From Erysipelotrichaceae bacterium (GTDB lineage: Bacteria > Bacillota_I > Bacilli_A > RFN20 > CAG-826): a stretch of DNA of 39,591 nucleotides. The stretch spans positions 1-39,591 of the forward strand of contig JAAYSA010000030.1 in the NCBI GenBank assembly GCA_012518455.1, read 5' to 3'. The notes under the pieces are model-generated. The model saw only the letters and a program-made list of their open reading frames with translations, did not search any database and was not told where the DNA came from. The translations under genes and the position numbers were made by a program. Positions 25,878 through 34,368 of the stretch are shown here, one piece after another. Positions within the stretch are counted from its first letter, which is position 1; every line of letters starts with the position of its first letter.

Positions 25878-26282
25878 ATGGCAGCACAAGGAAGAAAAAA
25901 CGTACGCGGTAGAACAGGTGTTCGATTTAAAGCTCGTTATGACCGTGCAAAAGATAAAGCGATGATTCGTAATGTTACAAGCGAATTTATCGTTTATGGA
26001 AAAGTTAATCTAATTAAAAAAGTATCAAAACAAGTACAAATTGAAACTGAAAAGCTCATTACCTTAGCAAAACGCGGTGACCTTCATAGTAGAAGACTAG
26101 CAGCTGCTAGACTTCGAGAAGGCATTGTAAGAAAAAGTGATGGTAAAAAAGCTCTTGATATTCTTTTTGACGAATTAGCTCCACGCTTTAAAAATCGCCA
26201 AGGTGGCTATACACGTGTTTTAAACCTCGAAAATAGACGTGGTGACAATGCCCCAATGGCTTTACTTACATTTGTTGAATAA
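25878..26282 (+). CDS. rplQ: 50S ribosomal protein L17 with divergent N-terminus
   Basis: EKLITLAK, HSRRLA, RQGGYTRV, RRGDNAPMA. Confidence 0.97.
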   Translation: MAAQGRKNVRGRTGVRFKARYDRAKDKAMIRNVTSEFIVYGKVNLIKKVSKQVQIETEKLITLAKRGDLHSRRLAAARLREGIVRKSDGKKALDILFDELAPRFKNRQGGYTRVLNLENRRGDNAPMALLTFVE

Positions 26283-26300
26283 ACAAAAGTAAACTTAAAT

Positions 26301-26331
26301 AGAGGCTTACAGTAGTGTAAGTCTCTTTTTT
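26301..26331 (+). terminator. Intrinsic terminator of the alpha operon
   Basis: AGAGGCTTAC-AGTAGT-GTAAGTCTCT followed by a T run. Confidence 0.88.
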
Positions 26332-26368
26332 GTTTAATTTGAATATTTCGAAGAATAATCAAATTACA

Positions 26369-26397
26369 TTACATAAAGTCATATATTTATGTAAAAT
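26369..26397 (+). promoter_or_regulatory. Sigma-A-like promoter overlapped by a 9-bp perfect inverted repeat (candidate operator)
   Basis: TTACAT-N17-TAAAAT; IR TTACATAAA-N8-TTTATGTAA (26369-26394). Confidence 0.6.
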
Positions 26398-26415
26398 AAG
26401 AGTGGAGGAAAAAAC

Positions 26416-27744
26416 ATGTATAATTACGACGTTGTTATCGTCGGTGCAGGAACTGCCGGCACTTATTTTGCGCTTCTACTTGCTAAAAGAGGAGTTAAAG
26501 TTCTTGTTATTGATAAAGATGCAGAAAAAGATCTTGCTAAAAGATTAGATATTTTTCATTTTACTAGCGAATCTTTTGCTGAGTTTAATCTTGAAGAGTC
26601 AAAAGAAGGTGATCCTGAATTTGTCTCAAAGTTTTCTTATTGTTATTCTCGCTCTGCCCTTGATAATTATGAGAAAAAGAATTTTTTAGAAGTTCATGTA
26701 ATGCATTTACCACTTTTTATTAAACGCCTTAGAAACTTGGCTATTAAAGAAGGTGCAAAATTTCAATTTGAGACCACTTTTGCAGACTTAATCTATGATA
26801 AAGATAATAGAATAAGTGGTATTAAAACATCTAAAGATGAAGAAATACGAAGTAGATTAGTTGTTGATGCTTCTGGTATTCCTTCAGTTGTACGAAGAAA
26901 AGTTAGTGATCCATATATTGAAAACTGGCCAATAGGACCACGAGATAAGTTTTATGTTTTCTTAAAATATGTTCTTTTGGATGATCCTAAAATTACAATT
27001 GATCGTTCAATAAGTTGGCCTTACTACAAGGGGTGGATTGCTCCTCAACAAAGTAAGGGTGGAGCAATTGTAGGTGTTGGAGCAAATCTATCAACTGATT
27101 ACGCTAGGAAATGTATGAAAAAATTTGAAGATAGCATTCCTTTACCAAAATATACACTCCAATATGAAGAATGGGGTGCTACACCTTACACTAGACCGCC
27201 ATTTAGTTTTGTTACAGATGGTTTTCTTGTTATAGGTGATGCCGCCTGTTTAACTAAACCAATGAACGGAGAAGGTATTACTAGCGCATGGGTTCAATCA
27301 ACACCTGCAGCAGATGTAGTAGCCTACGCTTTAAAAGATAATAAGTATCCTACAAAAGAAGCACTTTGGAAAATTAATTACCTCTATCAAACTAAGGAAG
27401 GAGCTGAATTTGCAGGATTGAGGGCGCTTTTGGTGGGTGCTGTCGCAATGAGTAAAGAAGATAATGATTATTTATATGCAAATGGAATTATCTTTAAAAG
27501 CGATGATGAAGAAGTAAAAGGTAGTGTTGCAGGTAACTTAATTAAAGGTGTTTTAAAAAGAAAATTTTCTTATTCTGCTTTAAGTAAATTACTGAAAGCA
27601 AGTAACACTGGTACAAAACTTACTATACATTATAAACGCTATCCGTTAACACCTGAAGGTTATTTTAAATGGAAGAAAAAAGCACTCAGTTTATGGGAAA
27701 AAGTTGGTTCAATGGCCGATAACATAACTGATGCAGAGGAATAA
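26416..27744 (+). CDS. FAD-dependent oxidoreductase, geranylgeranyl reductase-like
   Basis: DVVIVGAGTAG Rossmann motif, LVVDASG, IGDAACLTKPMNGEGI; SD GGAGG. Confidence 0.82.
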   Translation: MYNYDVVIVGAGTAGTYFALLLAKRGVKVLVIDKDAEKDLAKRLDIFHFTSESFAEFNLEESKEGDPEFVSKFSYCYSRSALDNYEKKNFLEVHVMHLPLFIKRLRNLAIKEGAKFQFETTFADLIYDKDNRISGIKTSKDEEIRSRLVVDASGIPSVVRRKVSDPYIENWPIGPRDKFYVFLKYVLLDDPKITIDRSISWPYYKGWIAPQQSKGGAIVGVGANLSTDYARKCMKKFEDSIPLPKYTLQYEEWGATPYTRPPFSFVTDGFLVIGDAACLTKPMNGEGITSAWVQSTPAADVVAYALKDNKYPTKEALWKINYLYQTKEGAEFAGLRALLVGAVAMSKEDNDYLYANGIIFKSDDEEVKGSVAGNLIKGVLKRKFSYSALSKLLKASNTGTKLTIHYKRYPLTPEGYFKWKKKALSLWEKVGSMADNITDAEE

Positions 27745-27781
27745 AAAATGAAAGAAAAAAAGAATTAGAAAACCTGTAAAA

Positions 27782-29209
27782 ATGGTAAACGGGCTGCATT
27801 CTGCAAGGTTTTGGCTAATTATTTGTTTAATGGGGATGGCAGGGCACCTGTGTTGGAACATTGAAAATCAATGGTTTAACACATTCGTTTACGCGAAAAT
27901 TGGCGGAGATGTCAATGTTGTTACTTGGATGGTTATAGTTAGTGCTACCGTAACAACAATTTCAACTTTTATTTTTGGCACACTTAGCGATAGGCTAGGT
28001 AAAAGAAAACGATTTGTTTCAATTGGCTATATTCTTTGGGGTATTGCTACAATAATTTTTGGACTTACAGAATATGCAAGAAGTTCAGGAATTGGCTTTT
28101 TTGTTTCATTAAGTGGATTTCTTGTTGTATTTACAGATGCGCTAATGTCTTTTTTAGGTTCATTAGCATTTGACGCAGGCTTTACAACATGGGTAAATGA
28201 CTATACAGATGAAACAAATCAAGGACAAGTCGGAGCTTCATTTGCTGGTATTCCTGTTTTAGGAACTATTGTTGGTACAGTTTTAGGTGGGATATTAGTT
28301 AATGTTGGAAACGCTACAGCAGGGACTGACCACTATAATCCTGCTCTTGATAACTATCAATTATTATTTTGGTCTATGGGAATTTTTGTAATTTTGGTTG
28401 GAGTGCTTTCAATTTTCTTAATGAAGGATGCCCCAGACATTAAACCAAACAAAGAAGGTTCTTATTTTAAACAACTATTTCAAGTTTTTAATTTTAAAAA
28501 GTTAAAAGGACATAAAGAAAATAAAGAAATGTTTTTAGCAGCTCTAGTTGCATGTTGTTTCTTTATCCCATTTAACTTTTATTTTGTTCATATGGGGAAC
28601 TGGTTAATTTATGATATTGGATTTACTGCAACAAACATGGGTTTAATTGAAGGAATCTCCCTTATATTTTCTGTATTAGTTACGATCCCGTTTGCTAGGT
28701 TAATTAATAAAAATAAAGTTCCTTTAGTAGCACTTATTGCAGTATTAGTGAACGCTATAGGTCTATTTATGCTTTACCTATTTGTTAAAGATCCAAGTAG
28801 CGTTGATAATAGTAGTGCTTTTAATGCGAAAAACATTCCGCTTCTTTTCGCGGTTTTCCTTGTTGGTACGGGTTATGTATTAATTACTCAAGCGACAATG
28901 GTTTGGGTTAGAGGACTGTTCCCAAAAGAAAATCGTGGTCAATTTGAAGGGATTAGATCACTATTCTTTACACTTATTCCAATGTTTATTGGTACATTAA
29001 CTGGTGGATTAATAATTAAATATACACCTCAACCAGTTGAAGTTCACGATCAATTTGGTCATATAATTGATGTTCCGCAAGAAAATCTATTCTTATATTC
29101 TGCGTTAATGGTTTTATTAACGATTATTCCTCTTGTTTTTGCGTGGAGAGAGTTTGATAAAAGAATAAACCTTCAACAACTAGTTGAAGCAACAGAGGAA
29201 GTTAAATAA
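27782..29209 (+). CDS. MFS transporter (true start may be the out-of-frame ATG 27748)
   Basis: Many hydrophobic segments; MFS motif A GTLSDRLGKRK; FPKENRGQFEG. Confidence 0.88.
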   Translation: MVNGLHSARFWLIICLMGMAGHLCWNIENQWFNTFVYAKIGGDVNVVTWMVIVSATVTTISTFIFGTLSDRLGKRKRFVSIGYILWGIATIIFGLTEYARSSGIGFFVSLSGFLVVFTDALMSFLGSLAFDAGFTTWVNDYTDETNQGQVGASFAGIPVLGTIVGTVLGGILVNVGNATAGTDHYNPALDNYQLLFWSMGIFVILVGVLSIFLMKDAPDIKPNKEGSYFKQLFQVFNFKKLKGHKENKEMFLAALVACCFFIPFNFYFVHMGNWLIYDIGFTATNMGLIEGISLIFSVLVTIPFARLINKNKVPLVALIAVLVNAIGLFMLYLFVKDPSSVDNSSAFNAKNIPLLFAVFLVGTGYVLITQATMVWVRGLFPKENRGQFEGIRSLFFTLIPMFIGTLTGGLIIKYTPQPVEVHDQFGHIIDVPQENLFLYSALMVLLTIIPLVFAWREFDKRINLQQLVEATEEVK

Positions 29210-29305
29210 TTAATTTTACATTGTAATTAAAATAGGATGAAAGCGCTATTATGAGGTAGTAGGTTGAAAAAAACTCTAAAACTCAGTTTTTCTATTGACA
29301 AATTG

Positions 29306-29314
29306 TGTTATAAT
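29306..29314 (+). promoter_or_regulatory. Extended -10 promoter for the small membrane protein gene
   Basis: TG-T-TATAAT 23 nt upstream of ATG 29338; a TTGACA at 29295 is only 8 nt away, so it is not its -35. Confidence 0.5.
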
Positions 29315-29337
29315 TACCATAGAAGGAGGAACTTATC

Positions 29338-29559
29338 ATGGTTAAATGGATGGATAATTTACCAAAGTGGGCAAAGGTAGTACTTGCTCTTCCGTGTTTA
29401 GATGTCGTTTGGGTTATTTATCGTTTGGTTAAAAGTCTTGGAAAGAAACAAACACTTGGCGTCGTTCTAGCGGTTATATTAATAGTCGTTGGTTTACCAT
29501 GGCTTTGGTTGCTTGACATTATCACAATTATCTTACTAGATAAAGTTCTTTGGTTCTAA
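29338..29559 (+). CDS. 73-aa hypothetical membrane protein
   Basis: Strong SD AAGGAGG, hydrophobic Trp-rich sequence, own promoter and terminator. Confidence 0.8.
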   Translation: MVKWMDNLPKWAKVVLALPCLDVVWVIYRLVKSLGKKQTLGVVLAVILIVVGLPWLWLLDIITIILLDKVLWF

Positions 29560-29579
29560 ACCTAGGAACTTTATATATA

Positions 29580-29603
29580 AAGGCTCTCATTGAGAGTCTT
29601 TTT
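29580..29603 (+). terminator. Intrinsic terminator
   Basis: AAGGCTCTC-ATT-GAGAGTCTT followed by further T's. Confidence 0.8.
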
Positions 29604-29698
29604 ATTACGCAAAAATGACCTATTTATTACAAAAATGGGATTAATTTGGTATAAAACATTGGGTTCAATGTTAATTTTATAAGCTATAAGCTTAAGTA

Positions 29699-29727
29699 TT
29701 TAATAAGAATGTTTAAAATGGTATAAT
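29699..29727 (+). promoter_or_regulatory. cysS promoter
   Basis: TTTAAT-N17-TATAAT with extended -10 (TG-G-TATAAT). Confidence 0.55.
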
Positions 29728-29741
29728 TTATTGGAGGAATT

Positions 29742-31076
29742 ATGAATATACGATTATTTAATTCACTTAGTGGTAAGGTCGAAGATTTCCTTCCAATAAA
29801 AAAAGGTCAAGTTTCAATGTATGTTTGCGGACCAACGATTTATGATGATGTTCATGTTGGAAATTTAAGACCAGTTGTCGTTTTTGATACATTAAGACGA
29901 TTCTTTCTGCATGTTGGTTATGATGTAATTTTTGTTAGTAATTTTACTGATATTGATGACAAAATTATTGATCGGGCTTTAAAAGAAAATAAAAGTGAGC
30001 TTGAAATAGCCAATCGGTATATTGATGTCTATAATAGGAACGTCGAAAACGTAAACGCGATGACTCCAACTTATACACCAAGAGTTACGACTTCGATAAA
30101 CGAAATCATTAAATTTATTGAAGAGTTGGTTAAAAAGGGTGCGGCTTATGAAAAAGATGGAGATGTCTTTTTTAGGGTAAGTGAAGATAAAAATTATGGT
30201 CATCTTGCGAATATTAAACTTGAAGATTTAGTACATGGTGCACGAATAGATGAAAATGACAAAAAAGAACATCCAGCAGATTTTTTACTTTGGAAAAGAA
30301 CTGAAGTTGGTATTACATTCTCGTCCCCTTGGGGCGAAGGCCGTCCTGGCTGGCATACCGAATGTGTTGTTATGATTAACAAGACTTTCAAACAACCATT
30401 AATTGATATTCATGGTGGTGGTTTTGATCTTAAATTTCCTCATCATGAAAACGAGATGGCTCAATCTAGAGCCCATAGCGGCACAAACCTAGCAAATTAT
30501 TGGATGCATAATGGTTTTATTAATGTAAATAATGAAAAAATGTCGAAATCTTTAGGCAATACTTTAACTGCAACTGATTTTATTAATAAGTATGGTGGTA
30601 ATACTTTGCGTTTATTATTATTGAGTGGTCACTATAGATCACCTTTAAATTTAACGGATGAAGTAATAAGTAATAACCAAAAAGAAGTAGAGAAAATTTC
30701 TAATGCTATACGTCAATTAGCTGTCTATCTTCAATTAAATGGTGGTAAGTTAAATAAAACAGCACATATTAATAATGAATTTTTAGAAACATTAGCTGAT
30801 GATCTTAATACAGCAAACGCGATTAGTATTTTGTTTGGTGTAATTAAAACTATAAATACTAAACTTCGCAAACCAAACAAAGAGATTGAAACACTTGAAA
30901 ATCTTTTCGTAGAATCAAATTCGATGCTTGATTTGCTAGGTTTAAAAATAAATTATCCCGAATTGGATAAAAATGATATACAATTATATACACAATACAA
31001 AGAAGCAAAAGAAAAGAAAGATTTCGCAAAAAGCGATGAAATACGCGACAAATTAATTGAACGCGGCATTTTATAG
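29742..31076 (+). CDS. cysS: Cysteinyl-tRNA synthetase
   Basis: YVCGPT, HVGN, GRPGWHTEC, DLKFPHHENE, KMSKS. Confidence 0.99.
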   Translation: MNIRLFNSLSGKVEDFLPIKKGQVSMYVCGPTIYDDVHVGNLRPVVVFDTLRRFFLHVGYDVIFVSNFTDIDDKIIDRALKENKSELEIANRYIDVYNRNVENVNAMTPTYTPRVTTSINEIIKFIEELVKKGAAYEKDGDVFFRVSEDKNYGHLANIKLEDLVHGARIDENDKKEHPADFLLWKRTEVGITFSSPWGEGRPGWHTECVVMINKTFKQPLIDIHGGGFDLKFPHHENEMAQSRAHSGTNLANYWMHNGFINVNNEKMSKSLGNTLTATDFINKYGGNTLRLLLLSGHYRSPLNLTDEVISNNQKEVEKISNAIRQLAVYLQLNGGKLNKTAHINNEFLETLADDLNTANAISILFGVIKTINTKLRKPNKEIETLENLFVESNSMLDLLGLKINYPELDKNDIQLYTQYKEAKEKKDFAKSDEIRDKLIERGIL

Positions 31077-31091
31077 AAAGAAGGTAATAAA

Positions 31092-31820
31092 ATGGATATT
31101 ACAACTGTTGATCAATTAATTAGAGAATGGTTTTTAAGTTTTGGAACTACGGGTCATATTTTTCTAATAATAGTCTCTTTATTTGCTGCCGCACTTTTTG
31201 CGGGTGTAATTGGATTTGAACGTGAATATCACGGCCATGCTGCTGGATTAAGAACACATATGCTCGTCGGTCTCGGCAGTGCTTTAATTATGGTTGTATC
31301 AATTTATGGTTTTGACAAAGGTGTATTCCCAGATCGAGACCCTGCTCGTCTAGCAGCACAAGTAGTTAGTGGTATTGGTTTCTTGGGTGCGGGTACAATT
31401 ATTCAAACTGGTACAGATATCAAAGGTCTTACCACTGCGACAACTTTGTGGATTGTTATGGCTGTTGGTCTTGCAGCTGGAGCAGGTCAATTTGTTATTG
31501 CTGGGCTAGGCACACTCTTTTCATTAATTGTTTTAATTAGTTTACGTCGATTAGAACACTTGGCACAAAAAAGAGCACCAAAAATTACTCTTGTTGTTTC
31601 AAGTGATACAAGTATTTTAAGTGATGTTCATATTATTGCATCGCGTTTTGGTGTGAATATTAAAGATATTCAATCATCTATGATTATTATTAATGCAAAC
31701 ACTTATCTTCGTGTTACTTTAAATATTGCTTTTGCCTCAAAAGCAACAATTACGGCTTTTACTGAAGAACTTAAGGATGAAATAAAGCCTCTTGAACTTC
31801 GAGTTAGTTCTAACTTCTAA
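31092..31820 (+). CDS. MgtC/SapB family membrane protein
   Basis: IGFERE..AGLRTH, DPARLAAQVVSGIGFLGAG, GLTTATTLW; ACT-like C-terminal region. Confidence 0.92.
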   Translation: MDITTVDQLIREWFLSFGTTGHIFLIIVSLFAAALFAGVIGFEREYHGHAAGLRTHMLVGLGSALIMVVSIYGFDKGVFPDRDPARLAAQVVSGIGFLGAGTIIQTGTDIKGLTTATTLWIVMAVGLAAGAGQFVIAGLGTLFSLIVLISLRRLEHLAQKRAPKITLVVSSDTSILSDVHIIASRFGVNIKDIQSSMIIINANTYLRVTLNIAFASKATITAFTEELKDEIKPLELRVSSNF

Positions 31821-31823
31821 AAG

Positions 31824-32540
31824 ATGATTAACCTTCAATACGGAAGAATTCCGGTTTTAAATTCTTTAAAAGAATATCAAGTTAATGAAATTTTTATTTC
31901 AAATTCTTTTAATGATAAAAAAATATTAGAACATATTGAAAGATTAAATATTAAAGTCACTATTTTATCGAAAAACGATTTAGATAAAATGGTGAAAGGA
32001 AATCATCAGGGCATTATCGCGAAGGTTAAACCATTTGAGTATACACCCTTTGAAACCCTACAAAATTTTTTAAAAAGACAGCAAAACCCAATTGTTTTAC
32101 TTTTAGATGAGATCCAAGATCCGCAAAATTTTGGCGCTATTATAAGAAGTGCTGATGCTTTTGGGGTATCAGGGATAATTATTAAGAAAAGAAATCAGGT
32201 TCTAGTAACGCCGACAGTTATTAAAGCCGCGACGGGTGCACAAAATTATGTAAAAATATGTCAAGTTCCAAATCTTAGAGACGCCATTGATAAACTAAAG
32301 AAAATTGGTTTTTGGATTGTAGCAACTGATGCTTCTGCAGAACAAAGTGCTAATCAATTAGATTATAATTTTCCCGTGGGGCTTATTATTGGAAGTGAGG
32401 GATTTGGGATCTCTAGTCTATTATTAAAAAATGCTGATTATATAGTTAAAATTCCAATGTCAGGCAATGTTAATTCACTTAACGCAAGTGTTGCTACTGG
32501 TATATTACTTTACGAAATTAGAACAAAACAAATTAAATAA
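31824..32540 (+). CDS. rlmB: 23S rRNA Gm2251 2'-O-methyltransferase (SpoU/TrmH family)
   Basis: NHQGI, DPQNFGAIIRSA, GSEGFG, SLNASVA; conserved position after cysS. Confidence 0.94.
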   Translation: MINLQYGRIPVLNSLKEYQVNEIFISNSFNDKKILEHIERLNIKVTILSKNDLDKMVKGNHQGIIAKVKPFEYTPFETLQNFLKRQQNPIVLLLDEIQDPQNFGAIIRSADAFGVSGIIIKKRNQVLVTPTVIKAATGAQNYVKICQVPNLRDAIDKLKKIGFWIVATDASAEQSANQLDYNFPVGLIIGSEGFGISSLLLKNADYIVKIPMSGNVNSLNASVATGILLYEIRTKQIK

Positions 32541-32572
32541 CGCCAATTTATAATTATCAGACACTGATATTT

Positions 32573-33187
32573 ATGAAATATGACGTCATTTTGACCTCAA
32601 ATGAAGAGGCTATAAGTGCCGCAACAGTATGTGGGATAAATGAAAACGAAGCAGTTCTTTTAATAATTGCTAATTTTATGTATTGGATAAAAAAGAAGGC
32701 GGGAAACTTTATTAATAGTCTTGAATATTTAGCTCTCGAGTTTGAAGATTTATATAATGAAGGACTTCGTAGTATTACACATGCAATCGAAACATTTGAT
32801 GTTTGTAAAGGTTGTTTTACTAGCTATGTACAAATTGTAATTCATCGTCAAATGTGGGGGTTAATTAAAAAGGCTAGGTCTGCAGGGCGCAAAATTCATA
32901 CTAATGCTTTAAGTTTAGATGCACAGTTATATAAAGAAAATGATCGGTTTTTTATTAGTGACTCAATTGGAGAACTTGATCCATATCAAAGTAGTGAAAC
33001 ATTACCAAATTCAATGATTGATCATGTAGGTGATCTAGTAAGCGTAAGATTAGACGAAGATGAGATTTGCGTAATTAAGCTTAAAATTGCAGGGTTTAAC
33101 TATGGAGAAATTGCGGAAAAATTAGGTTGTTCAAGAAGACAAGTGTTTGCAGTGATTAAATCAATTAAGTCAAAATATGGTTGGTAA
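32573..33187 (+). CDS. sigH: Divergent SigH/ComX-like alternative sigma-70 factor
   Basis: Region 2-like FEDLYNEG..AIETFD..FTSY, SLD, region 4 HTH GFNYGEIAEKLG; located in the rlmB-sigH-rpmG-secE slot. Confidence 0.72.
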   Translation: MKYDVILTSNEEAISAATVCGINENEAVLLIIANFMYWIKKKAGNFINSLEYLALEFEDLYNEGLRSITHAIETFDVCKGCFTSYVQIVIHRQMWGLIKKARSAGRKIHTNALSLDAQLYKENDRFFISDSIGELDPYQSSETLPNSMIDHVGDLVSVRLDEDEICVIKLKIAGFNYGEIAEKLGCSRRQVFAVIKSIKSKYGW

Positions 33188-33295
33188 ATTTAATTAAAAA
33201 TCAAAATTTTAAATTTAAATATAATCATTCCAATTAATTTTGTTTTTTCTTTGTTTGAAAATAATAAGGAAAATGAGATAATAAGTAAGGCTCTT

Positions 33296-33368
33296 TTTTG
33301 AATTTAAATTCAAAATATGGCTAAATAGTATTTGACTATATAAAGGAGCTTATGATATATTCATAAGC
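33296..33368 (+). promoter_or_regulatory. rpmG-secE-nusG promoter with two palindromes
   Basis: TTGACT-N18-TATATT (33332-33361); 20-bp palindrome 33296-33315; GCTTATGA-N5-TCATAAGC 33348-33368. Confidence 0.55.
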
Positions 33369-33391
33369 ACGATATGGAGAGGAGTCGTTAG

Positions 33392-33541
33392 ATGCGTGTA
33401 AAAGTTCTATTAATCTGTTCTGAGTGTCTTTCAAGAAATTATACGACCTCAATTAATCGAGCCACGCAGACTAAACGATTCGAAATAAGAAAGTATTGTC
33501 CTAGATGTAATAAGACGACATTACATAAGGAGAGCAAATAG
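33392..33541 (+). CDS. rpmG: 50S ribosomal protein L33, zinc-binding (not in ORF track)
   Basis: Manual translation [49 protein letters not shown]; SD GAGGAG. Confidence 0.97.
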   Translation: MRVKVLLICSECLSRNYTTSINRATQTKRFEIRKYCPRCNKTTLHKESK

Positions 33542-33550
33542 GAGGCACTT

Positions 33551-33751
33551 ATGGGACTAAAAAAATATGCTGGCGAAGTCATCAAAGAAGGTAAACGAGT
33601 ACGTTGGCCAAAAAGAGAAGTTATCTTCCCGCTAATTTTTGTTGTTTTAGTAATTACTGCTTTTGCTGCTGCTGTTTTGCTTTTAGAAGATATGGCAGTT
33701 GCACGTCTTTTAGGTGCTTTAGAAAAAGCGTTTGAAGGATTTAAAAAGTAG
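33551..33751 (+). CDS. secE: Preprotein translocase subunit SecE
   Basis: EGKRVRWP plus one TM helix, between rpmG and nusG. Confidence 0.93.
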   Translation: MGLKKYAGEVIKEGKRVRWPKREVIFPLIFVVLVITAFAAAVLLLEDMAVARLLGALEKAFEGFKK

Positions 33752-33770
33752 ATTTTAGAGGAGGTGTTGT

Positions 33771-34337
33771 ATGAGAATACCAGAAAAAGATATTCGTTGG
33801 TATGTTGTATCAACCCAATCAGGTCGTGAAAATCGAATTAAAGATTATATTTTATCTCGAAAGACCTCAATGGATTTAGAAGAAAATATTTATCGCGTTA
33901 TCGTTGCAGAAATTGAAGTTGATGTTATTGATAAAGAAACCGGTTTACCTAGTGGTAAGAAGAGAATGAAAAACCTCTATCCTGGATATGTCTTTGTTGA
34001 AATGCTAATGAGTGATGAGGCTTGGTTCGTAGTTCGTAATACGCCGGGGGTTACTGGTTTTATCGGTTCAAGCGGAAAAGGTGCAAAACCCTTCCCTGTT
34101 CCAGATGATGAAATTGAACCAATATTAAAAAGACTTGGTATCATTAGTAAAGAAATGTATGAAAGTTACAATGAAGGCGATACAGTTAGAATTATTACGG
34201 GTCCTTTAGAAGGAACAGAAGGAACAATTATTGAGTTTGATAAAGATACAGGTAACTTAGTAATTGAATCATTAATCTTCGGACGTCCGCAAAGAATTGA
34301 AACAAACTTTGCTGATACTGAAAAAATTAACGAATAA
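33771..34337 (+). CDS. nusG: Transcription factor NusG
   Basis: WYVV, YPGYVFVEM, VRNTPGVTGF, KOW domain, IFGR. Confidence 0.98.
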   Translation: MRIPEKDIRWYVVSTQSGRENRIKDYILSRKTSMDLEENIYRVIVAEIEVDVIDKETGLPSGKKRMKNLYPGYVFVEMLMSDEAWFVVRNTPGVTGFIGSSGKGAKPFPVPDDEIEPILKRLGIISKEMYESYNEGDTVRIITGPLEGTEGTIIEFDKDTGNLVIESLIFGRPQRIETNFADTEKINE

Positions 34338-34338
34338 G

Positions 34339-34363
34339 AAAACGGGGTCTGACCCCGTTTTTT
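34339..34363. terminator. Probably bidirectional intrinsic terminator between nusG and ktrA
   Basis: AAAACGGGGT-CTG-ACCCCGTTTTTT. Confidence 0.85.
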
Positions 34364-34368
34364 AGTGT

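Noticed and set aside
26330-26548. 72-aa ORF from a TTG in the rplQ terminator tail
   Set aside because: No SD; overlaps the promoter and the reductase gene out of frame
29252-29266. TGAGGTAGTAGGTTG is identical to the first 15 nt of animal let-7 miRNA
   Set aside because: The match stops at 15 nt, there is no precursor hairpin, and the context is ordinary bacterial intergenic DNA; treated as coincidence
29604-29741. Expected T-box upstream of cysS
   Set aside because: No T-box GGTGG..ACC motif or terminator, and the promoter lies 14 nt from the start
33439-33813. 124-aa antisense ORF
   Set aside because: Shadow of rpmG, secE and nusG on the + strand
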